A stretch of DNA of 64,000 bases from Antedon mediterranea. Taxonomy: Eukaryota; Animalia; Echinodermata. The stretch is taken from assembly GCF_964355755.1 (NCBI RefSeq), contig NC_092680.1, forward strand, positions 14,269,045 to 14,333,044. Direction: 5' to 3'. Positions 25,301 to 34,549 of this stretch are shown piece by piece. The translations under genes were made by a program, and so were the position numbers. Numbering within the stretch: the first letter of the stretch is position 1; every line of letters begins with the position of its first letter. The notes beneath the pieces are model-generated. The model had not been told where the DNA came from. It made no database searches and was given only the letters and a program-made list of their open reading frames with translations.

Positions 25301-26166
25301 AAACCTCAACTCCATTTGTTGTTTATGCTTTTTTCCGTTTTGATGAGATATTTAAATAACGCCGACCGTCCCATGTTGGAGATATCTAATGTTTTTCTAC
25401 ATAGTTTACACTTTGCCTCCGTTTTTATTGATGCACGGTTAATCCACGGGGAAAATTTGCTATCAAAAAGCATGTACGCGGCATGTTGGATAGATTTCCA
25501 CTGACGAGAAACGCACGATAAAAAACTCTATCGGCAGCCATATAGAGACCGCTAATATACGCGCTTGCGGTGTGAGAGAGCCTCGCTGAGAGAGGTCACT
25601 ATACTCGCATTCTATTTATAGCTTATCAGAGGCTATAAATAGAATGCGAGTATAGTCACTAATTAAAGTGTAATGCTAAAATGCTATGCATGTTTGCAAT
25701 ATTAAATTCGTTAAATTAATGTTTAAACAAAATCGGAACACAAAAAGGGCCAAGTATTTATTTCAATAGTAATAGCTATTATGCAATAATGTACTGTGGG
25801 GGAACAAAAGAATAGTTGGGCAAAGTTTTTTCAAGGTGATTGTCATCTGAACATCACTGGCCAGTGGCGTTCTGCAGTCAACAACCAACCTGATAAGAAA
25901 GCCTATTTCATGTACGAGCATTTATCGGCGGCGGAAAAGTCGGCACGTACAAACGTTGTTATCTTCCATGTACTTTCATACTTAATACTTTTATTGTTCA
26001 GTGTTTTCAAAACTTTATTAAAAAGAATTCATATAACTTTATTGTATTTTAACAATTTTCAGGACATTCAAGGACAAATGCAAATTTCAAGGACTTTCCA
26101 GTACTTGAAAAAAGAGATTTATTTTTCCATGACTTTCAAGGAATTTAAGGACGCGTACGAACCCTG
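22325..26166 (-). mobile_element. Near full-length hAT-superfamily DNA transposon with a 6-bp TSD (hAT6-like)
   Basis: TIR CAGGGTTCGTAC / GTACGAACCCTG. TSD TTATTA at 22319-22324 and 26167-26172. TTCAAGGAC subterminal repeats. Contains a spliced transposase gene. Confidence 0.9.
22939..25473 (-). pseudogene. hAT-type transposase, two exons (intron 24782-24920), frameshifted in the N-terminal zinc-finger region
   Basis: GTAAGT..TTTTAG intron joins PYFR to SLLLKRV..VLLFDESLNK..QMDIHVRFW. Also DGPNVN, GSCGLH (CxxH), HRWVEN and HGQATVERGFS motifs. Upstream CKLC..SAL|SHQNGKKH is broken by frameshifts near 25350 and 25460. Confidence 0.85.
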
Positions 26167-26605
26167 TTATTAATATCATTATAATTATTTTAACGCGTGG
26201 CGTAGTCGTATTTTAATTATTAATTCATGTATGGCATAGGCCATCGCTCTCTCGCTCAACGACTATCTAGGCTACAGTAAATCCCTATAACACTCAGACT
26301 CTCGGTGGTGTGGTGTGTGTGGCACACTATTAGTGCAAGCTATAATTCACTTCCCAGAGCTCTGGGCATGCGCAATAGCGTGTCGGATTCCCTAACGGTG
26401 GGCAGTTGAGTTCCGGTGCCGGAATCCTAACCACGGCGTTTATATTATTATTATTAGGCCTACTAGCTAGGCTAGGCCTTGCTAAGCAAACTCAATTGAA
26501 GAAGCATATAGGCCCAGTATATTTTAAGATGTTTTAATTGGTTGTCCGCAACTAGCTAGTCCTGTCCTACGCTAGGCCTAAAAAACGTTGACATTTTATT
26601 TTTAC

Positions 26606-26722
26606 CTCGTCCTTCAATTCGTCAGTGGTGGATCTTCTTAAATCAACCGGGGAAGTTTTTGCAGGAGACTCAGCTTCTGTTTGTTGATTTTCTTTTTCTA
26701 CAACAACTATTTTGTTCTCCAT
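26606..26722 (-). CDS. ENSA: Endosulfine/ARPP19 coding exon 1
   Basis: MENKIVVVEKENQQTEAESPAKTSPVDLRRSTTDELKDE, 117 nt. Phase-0 donor GAG|GTAAAA is compatible with exon 2. Acidic, low-complexity N-terminus. The link to exon 2 is inferred. Confidence 0.78.
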
Positions 26723-26729
26723 CTCAAAA

Positions 26730-27001
26730 TATATGTATTTATATAGTGTAGACACAAATGAACTCAACAATTATTCGTTAACTTGAATTTTTAGAAGATA
26801 AACATTAGAAAAACTAAAAAATTTACCGTCCTAAAATTCTAGAATGGCTATGTTCTTTGAAATTTCCGACCTTCTAAAAAATATAAAGCATAGTGGGCAG
26901 GCTTCCATTCTTTCTTTGCCGATGGGGGCGCAATTTTTAAATGTCATAAAAAAACTCAAACAATATGATTTATAATTTCAAATTTAGGACGAGAGAGAAA
27001 G
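26730..27001. promoter_or_regulatory. Probable bidirectional promoter and 5' UTR exons of ENSA (-) and ASB7 (+)
   Basis: ENSA ATG at 26722. Plus-strand donor AAG|GTATGA at 27001/27002 could splice to the ASB7 acceptor at 29815. TAGGCCTA tracts on both sides. Confidence 0.55.
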
Positions 27002-27228
27002 GTATGATATAGGCCTAGGCCTAATTTCTTTATATTTATAGAATTTTGAAAAATCGAATGCTTTATAATATAATTGTATATTGAATAGTTAGAATATTGG
27101 CATTTTTAGATAATTTATAGACTTCAAAAGGCAACTTGAAGTCAATAAAACAAAGCAAGAAGGTCTGATGAGAAGATGGAGCTAGGCTAGGCTACCTAGC
27201 TAGCTAGCTAGGCCTAGTAGTGATGCTA

Positions 27229-28875
27229 GTCAAGTCGCCCCATCGCAAAGTCGCCCCATACAAAGTCGCCCCTTACACAGTCGCCCCATCGCAAAGTCGC
27301 CCAAAACAAAGTCGCCCTGACACAGTCGCCCCATTGCAAAGTCGCCCCAACGCAAAGTAGTTTACAAACAAGTGCGTAAATTAAAATGTCGCAATGATAC
27401 ACAAAATAACACGGAACGTATAGGCTAGGCATAAAAGGGTATGGTCGAAGCGCTAATAATGTAGATTGTTATTTACGTCCGAGAAAAAGAAAACCTGTCA
27501 AAACAATGACAATCAAAGATTACAAAACAACGACAATCAAAGCGCACACGGCGTTCCATACAAATTACCGTTATTAAACTACTGTAGCGGCCACTTTGGT
27601 TGGCGGCCGCTTCGACCGTAATCCAAAAGGGGAAGCCCCGGCCGCCATGTAGTCTCAGGTCACACGATCGGCACGCTCCCCCATCATCCGAGAGGACGAC
27701 AATCACTCCGTGGTCGCACTAACGTGCTAGCTCACGAGAGGGAAACCCCCGTAATTACTCCGCCGTTGTCGCACTACAACGCACCATCTGAAGATGAGGA
27801 AACCCCGCCGGAGTTTTACGATGATATCAGTTTGAAATCGGTCGCGTTTAATTTTGGTCGCGTTTAATTTTGGTCGCGATAAAATGATGTTACGATCTAG
27901 ATTATTTTTACTTTGGTCGATGAATATTTATTATTATTATTAGGCCTATATTAATAACTGATTTTTTTTATTTTACAGGTCTATGATGAGAAAGATGTGT
28001 GCCTTAAAAAATGACTATTTGTAAACATAGTTTAAGATTATTTTTATAGTATTATTCGGCATAATGTCATTTAACAGTACATAATTATTTGAATGTGAAA
28101 TATTTTATAGGAAACGTAGGCTACGTCAGTGTGTCTTTCATTTTATATGCAACAAATTATGTAAAACAATTTATTTATAAACATTCAGTTTACTATTAGT
28201 ATTACAATGAACATTGATTATAAGCCTGGAAAGGCAATCCCATCATTATATCCATTATAAAATTGCATCATATCACCACTAGGCCTAGCTATATGTCGTA
28301 AATGATGACGGCGTGCGTGTGTGTATTCGTCGTACGTCCGTGTACGTATTATTCCGTGCCTCTTCACTGTCTTGTTTAATTTAAAATTAAATAAACACCC
28401 GATATGAGGATATTTATTAGGCATAATAATTAGAATGTTCTATAACTAAAAGGGGTGAAAAGAATTTCTTCAGTAAAATGATCATTGTGCTGTTGAATAA
28501 AAGGCGACTCCAATCTGAAACCAACCAGAGCTGCGCCTTCTGGCAGCTGTTACGTCTTTCTGCTGACCGTCGGGGATTCCCCTTTTTAAAAAACACGCAC
28601 ACGATACTGTACGATGGTTTTTCCAAATGATTTTTAAAAAGCATATCACTCAAACACAAATTATGTATATAATAGGATAAACATTATAATGTATACGACA
28701 TTTAACGCGACCAAAGTAACAACGCGATAGATATCAAACGCAACCGATATGATTAAAACTTCATAGCTTCATAGTCATACCAAAACAAAACCGTGGGCGA
28801 CTTTGCCTTGGCAACTTTGCGATGGGGCGACTTTGCGTTGGGGCAACTTTGCGATGGGGCGACTTTGTATTGGGG
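27229..28875. mobile_element. Non-autonomous TIR element with AAAGTCGCCCC subterminal repeats, in ASB7 intron 1
   Basis: CAAAGTCGCCCC repeats at 27229-27350 are inverted at 28794-28870. Internal 27455-27625 matches 41535-41683. Confidence 0.7.
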
Positions 28876-29895
28876 TTTTATGGGCGCTAATGCAGTTTCG
28901 TATCCACCCCTCAAAATTACTCAAAATTGTTTCAATACTTCATCTAACCTACTCACGAGTTGTCTACAACATCCTGCAAAAAACACCTTTTCATGCATGG
29001 ATTTACATAAAACTTTGTCAAATAATACATTATAAATAAGCTAAAAAATATCATGGAATTTTGTTAAAAAAGAATGGACCAAGTTATTTTCTGGAAAAAA
29101 ACCCCATTATTTTTCAAACAAAATGTTTTAATTCTAGTCACTTCTCGTGACGTATGAATTTTGTGAAAAAAATCATAGTTAAAGAATAAAATACAAGGAC
29201 CACTATTTCCACACTAGTAATTCAATTCACAATTTGCATTGTGTGTTGTCAACGTACCTACTGTTGACACAGTCAAAATGGCATGTCATCAGATAATTGA
29301 GCATAATAATTTTTTTCTTTTTACAAATTTGAGCCCTATTTAAAGTTTGTCCAACTGTTAGTTACGGAGTTATATGATATGTAGGTCAAAGGTCAAATAT
29401 GGCAAAAATCATACTTACGGCCGTTTTTGTACAAACTTTTCCATTAGAATGAATACAATATTAATATGCATCTTCCAAATAATTTGACACTAAAATGATT
29501 TCATTTAATCTAAGCCTTGCACAGATATGACCATTTTGTTTTCAGTTGGTCAAAATATTCAAATTGAAGTCAGAGGTCAAAGATGAATTTTAGAAATTTG
29601 ACATGTGTTTTATAACCAGCATGCTTCAAATATTCATAAAACACAATATTTAGTTACACTTTCCCCTATGATCTGCACACAAAAATACATAGGGAACTGG
29701 ACTATATTTAATTCGCTTTGATCCAATAATCCATTTCCTTTACCCTTTAAATAAATATCAAAAGTTTGCAATCTAGACTTGTTGGTCACTTAATCACAAT
29801 GTTTTTTCTTTTCAGCTCATCCATCTTTTAACGATGTATTTGCAAATTATAGTAATTACCAACTGTAGCTACAGTAGCATGTAATAATTCTTAAA

Positions 29896-30124
29896 ATGGC
29901 AGATGGAATAAGAACAAGAAGTCAACAGCTTAGTATAAGCCTAAGAAAAGAAATAGAACAAAAGCTACGTACTGCTGTTGCCTTGTTGAAAGTTCAAGAT
30001 GTAAGAAGAATCTTAGAAATTGGACTGTCACCAAATAATGTTGACAGTTTTGGGTGGACTCTGCTCCATGTTGCAGCATACCATTCAAGGGATAGGATGA
30101 TGAGGCTATTACTTGAATTTAATG
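29896..30124 (+). CDS. ASB7: Ankyrin repeat and SOCS box protein 7, coding exon 1
   Basis: Acceptor TTTCAG at 29815, ATG at 29896. ..GLSPNNVDSFGWTLLHVAA..LLLEFN ankyrin repeat. Donor G|GTAATT, phase 1. Confidence 0.9.
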
Positions 30125-30241
30125 GTAATTATGAATTAAGAGACGTTTACTATATAACTTTAAAATAAATTTAAAGAAGGGTGACAGGAAATACTATAAA
30201 CATTTAATAACAAAGACTAAAATAATAAGCTCCTCCTCTTG

Positions 30242-30425
30242 TTAGTTGTTAAATAATTTTGCTTTGATTGAGTCATTTTGTTTGTTAAGTGACGGTTTCA
30301 ACTCTTTTATCCATAACATTTCATTAATTAAACAATCAAATTTAAATTTGCACTTGGACAATACTTTGAAATAATTGACTGTATCAGTAGGACTAATGTC
30401 ATGATTTCTTAGATGATTCTCATAT
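30242..30425 (-). mobile_element. Penelope-like element fragment (GIY-YIG endonuclease C-terminus) in an ASB7 intron
   Basis: HL..H...FKVLSKCKFKFDCLINEMLWIKELKPSLNKQ.DS is the typical PLE GIY-YIG tail. Confidence 0.75.
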
Positions 30426-30780
30426 GATACCCTTGTTGTGTTCGTTAGTGAGTTGATGAAGGTGCCGACAAGTGTAACCGACATAGCTTGCATCACACGA
30501 GCCACATTGAAAATTGTACACAACGCATTAATTACTGTAGAAACAAAAGTATCAAATTATGCACATTTTCCAAAAAATGTGATTAATAATTAAACATTTT
30601 CAATACAAGTTGAATAGTAGCAGTGGGTAGCATATTGTATGGCCTTTCATTTGATACCATACAGTTTGTCCATTGACATTTTAGAGAATAATTTAACCTG
30701 ACAATGTGTTTTTTTAAAAATCATTTTTGGGTCAAAGGTCAGTACGCATTCCCGGTAATTATTAATATATTTGTTCTTAG

Positions 30781-31395
30781 GTAACCCCTGTATACCAGAC
30801 AAGATAGCTCATTTTACATGTCTGCACTACGCATCAATGAATGGTAAAACGCGCATGGCTAAGTTGATCCTTGAATATGATGAAACACACACAAAAAAGG
30901 GAGTGGTTAATCAGAAGGGAAAGGAAGGCCTAACTGCATTACATCTTGCAGTCAGAAATGGTCACACAGCTTGTGTTAAGCTCCTTTTGCAGCATAATGC
31001 GGATGTGAATGCTAAGAGTATAGAAGAGATCACACCACTGGTGCTTGCCATTGTCTGGGAGAGAATCAGCTGCCTCAAATTACTTATTAATTGGTCTGCA
31101 GATATCGATACAGATGTCGGCCTTCCTCTGCAGTATTCCATCATGAAAGGTCGTTCTCATTGTACAAAACTGTTGCTGCAACATGGTGCAAATCCAAATT
31201 TAAAACATTATGAAGATGGTCAAGCTCCATTGCATATTGCAGCCATGAAAGATGACCTTAGTACGTGTGTTTTGCTATATGCATATGGTGCCGATTGTGT
31301 GACTAAAAATGAAGATGGATTGACTCCTGTGGCTGTTGCCAGACAAAGGTCGTCAGTTGATAGGCCGTGCCTTCAATACCTCACAGATATAGCAC
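30781..31395 (+). CDS. ASB7: ASB7 coding exon 2 (ankyrin repeats)
   Basis: FTCLHYASMNG, GLTALHLAVRNGH, TPLVLAIVWERISC, EDGQAPLHIAAMKDD..LYAYGAD and RPCL match ASB7. TAG acceptor at 30780; GTAAGT donor at 31396; phase 1/1. Confidence 0.93.
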
Positions 31396-31649
31396 GTAAG
31401 TTGAATTAACATCAGCTTTCTCATAGAGTAAAGTATTTTATTCATGTACAATTTGTCAATAAGTAAATCTATTAAAATAAATCTATATACAATTTAAATT
31501 TGAGGTTAAATTTGTGGGTGGATAGAAACAGCATCAATTCTTAACCTTTAACCTAGTGTAGCTTATTTTCACTTATTACCTCTTTTTACTTATTCTCTCA
31601 GTTGTTATAATTATTGAAATAAAACAATATTTGTGTTTTCTATCCATAG

Positions 31650-31786
31650 GAAATCCTCGATCTTTGCAAGATACCTGTCGAATAGTAATCAGGACCAGTA
31701 TTGGGAAATCAAGGCTAAAAAGTATTAATAGTCTTCCACTTTGTAAGATCATGCTTGAATATCTTGAGTATAAGTATGATGATTAA
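31650..31786 (+). CDS. ASB7: ASB7 coding exon 3 (SOCS box)
   Basis: Manual translation RNPRSLQDTCRIVIRTSIGKSRLKSINSLPLCKIMLEYLEYKYDD*. The three exons total 981 nt = 326 aa + stop. Confidence 0.93.
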
Positions 31787-32433
31787 ATCCCACCTGTACA
31801 GTTTGTGATTGTAAATAGAAGATTTTATATTGGCAGAGAATGTTGCAGTTAAAACATTAATGTAAATTGAATTAATGTTAAACCACATAAAATATCAGGC
31901 CTCCATCTGAAAGTATTTAGGGGACATCTATACATTATTTCAGGGCACAAAGATATACCCAGTCTTGGTGGTATAATATACTTTTGTAGATGAAATCAAT
32001 AATAAAAGTGAGGAAAAAACACACACAGCATAATTGGGACATTGTAGTATCTGCCAAAATCTATAAATAACCCATCTTAGCCGGGTACACATGTTTTTAT
32101 ACTCTGTATTAAGCTGTGTTTTTTTCTTCATTTAGACATCAAGAAACAAAAGCAATCCCACACTTTTTAAAGTAGTGCAATGCACCTTTGCAGGTGAATT
32201 GCAGGTGAATCCCACCTGATTGTTAATCCTGCTGATTCTTATGTCATTATAGTCGCAAGTCCATAGCCAGTAGGGTTTATTAGAACTCCCTTTTCACCAT
32301 TTTTCAAACTACAGACCAACAGCTAGTAAATAAGCCTAACTTATGACAATGTTATGGCAAAGGCTACCTTAGCCAGCAGGCAAATTATTTTCATCTACTA
32401 GCATTTTGTCATTTTTTGTGGAAGAAAGAACCC

Positions 32434-33510
32434 CTGTTGAACCTTGAAATGTGCAAAAAGTCATATTTGTGCAAACAACCACATTTGTGTAAACACATTG
32501 TCCTCAAATGTGCAAATCTGAAAAAAATGTATAATCCACTAATGGCACATGCAAGCGAAATCAGTCGCATGTGTATATTTGGCCAAAACCAATAAAAGGC
32601 TGCAAGATTAAATTGTTTGTATTTTTCCAGAAAATTATAGCTGAAACGGTATTTATTTACATTACCTTGGTATTTTTCTATTTTGATACAAATAAATGCA
32701 TACATTTAAACATTTTGTGGTATATTGGTTTAAAAAAATGGTAATGATTTTCATAAAACCCTATCATGTTTTATGCTTAAATTGAAAATTGTTCCAATGA
32801 GTTGTTTTAATGAAAACTTTGCATAATAATAGAGCAATAGCTAATTAACGAATGTACGTAGTTTCATTGAAATACAACAATCCCTTTTGCTAAGGCGTAA
32901 ACTTAAACGGCCTGTTTATTTTGTTGTATTTGTAATTTCCTGTTTCTTAATTTTACAAGCTTTTTTCTCAAAAGACTGATTATAACATTAGCAACAAAAA
33001 CTTTAGAACTGGAAGTAGACATGGTATAACAGAATATATTTTTTTCTGGAATTTTAAATCTTGGGTTATGTAGTTTCAGTATTTTTGAAAATCTCAATTC
33101 TCAGTTCATTATGTTTTGTGACAAATTTCCTTTTAAATGAGAGGACAATTATAAGGGACTTCAATTTTAACGGTATGGAAGTTACCATCTCCAACAAGCA
33201 GCAGCGACCATGTGTCCTGCATCCTCGCACATCATTGGTTGTTTTTTTTTCAGATCAGACTATTTCAGTCTGAAACAATTAAATATGTAGATGGCCATAT
33301 CTTGAAATCATTGTTAGAAAAACCTGTGACTGTTTAGAATTAGGTTATCATTTTTTAATAAACGATTTTGGTTGAAAAAAAATTATTTCCACCTTTGTAG
33401 GATTTGCATGTCATTTGAGGGTGCCATGTTTGCATAAATGTGGTTGATTGTGCATTTGAGAGCAACAAGTTTGCACAAATGTGACCTTTTGCACATTCCA
33501 CATCTCAACA
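32434..33510. mobile_element. MITE with long imperfect TIRs downstream of the ASB7 stop
   Basis: TGTTGA..AATGTGCAAAAAGTCATATTTGTGCAAAC is inverted as GTTTGCACAAATGTGACCTTTTGCACATT..TCAACA. Confidence 0.65.
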
Positions 33511-34549
33511 ACCCCCTCCCCCGATCAGTCTCTATCCTTTCCATGCAGTCTAAAGTTTATTAGAGTATAGCGGTGCCTTAATTTGTATCCAACACCTGAG
33601 TCCTGTTTATTTAGCATCTGTTAGCTAAGTACATCCCTGTCATTTTTTATACTTTTTTTTCTTGCTGAATATAATAAAAAGGTGTATGAAAAAAGTTTGT
33701 ATACTGAGTTTGGTCATTCCATTTTCATTACCTCTTATATTTTTCCCACCGAGTGCATGAATAGCATTTTGTTTAGTTTATGTGAAACTAATTCACTTCA
33801 TTACATTTGGGTAGACTAATTTGTTTATGTTTTGTAAACATTGTCAATAAAAACCTACAATAATATGTATAAATGTTTTAATCTTTAATATTCAATATTT
33901 TTATAATTACTAATGGTATTTATCCAATTTCTGTTTGACAGGTAGAGGTAGAAACAATTATGAACAGAAAATCTTTATTGAAAACGTTTCAGATCAAAGA
34001 AATTAATTTACTTGTGTTAACAAATCAATATCTTGAAATATTCAATCATGTAAAATAGTGTAAAATTATGTTACATTTTTTTGTAAACTATTTTTTGGGA
34101 AATTAAATTTATAAAAATTAGTATTAAAAAAAATGCTGTGTATATCAGTAGTTTTATTATTACTTGGTCAATGCATTCATTTGGCTTATTTTCGATATGA
34201 ACTTTAACGTTGAGTATTTAGATATATTGTCTGCCTGAACAAATTTTTGTTGTTGAATATGTTATTTTAATGTCATATAATAGTTATTTTTCACTTGCAA
34301 AACCCTGTTTTATTTTGTTTTCTTATAAATGAAATCATATTTGTGAATAACTTAAAATTACAAAATTTAATATTCAAAGAAGATAGTCTTTGAGTTAGCT
34401 TGGGTCAGTTAATATTTTGTATAATAATCAGGCGACACTTTACGAGTGTTAATACTGTATTTCTATACATCAATAATTACACTAACGAAAATTAAAGGAT
34501 GAAAAAATGCTTTCTGCCCTCTATAGTTTATTACAATCTCAGGGTCCTC

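Larger units (their letters stand above)
18447..26438. mobile_element. ~8-kb composite TIR element (MULE-like) carrying nested transposons, in ENSA intron 1
   Basis: ~80-bp near-identical inverted ends (CGCCGTGGTTAGGATTCCGGCACC...GCCCAGAGC). Flanks TTTTTATTA / TTTATATTA (9 bp, 1 mismatch). The joined flanks match an uninterrupted sequence at 1736-1790. Confidence 0.75.
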
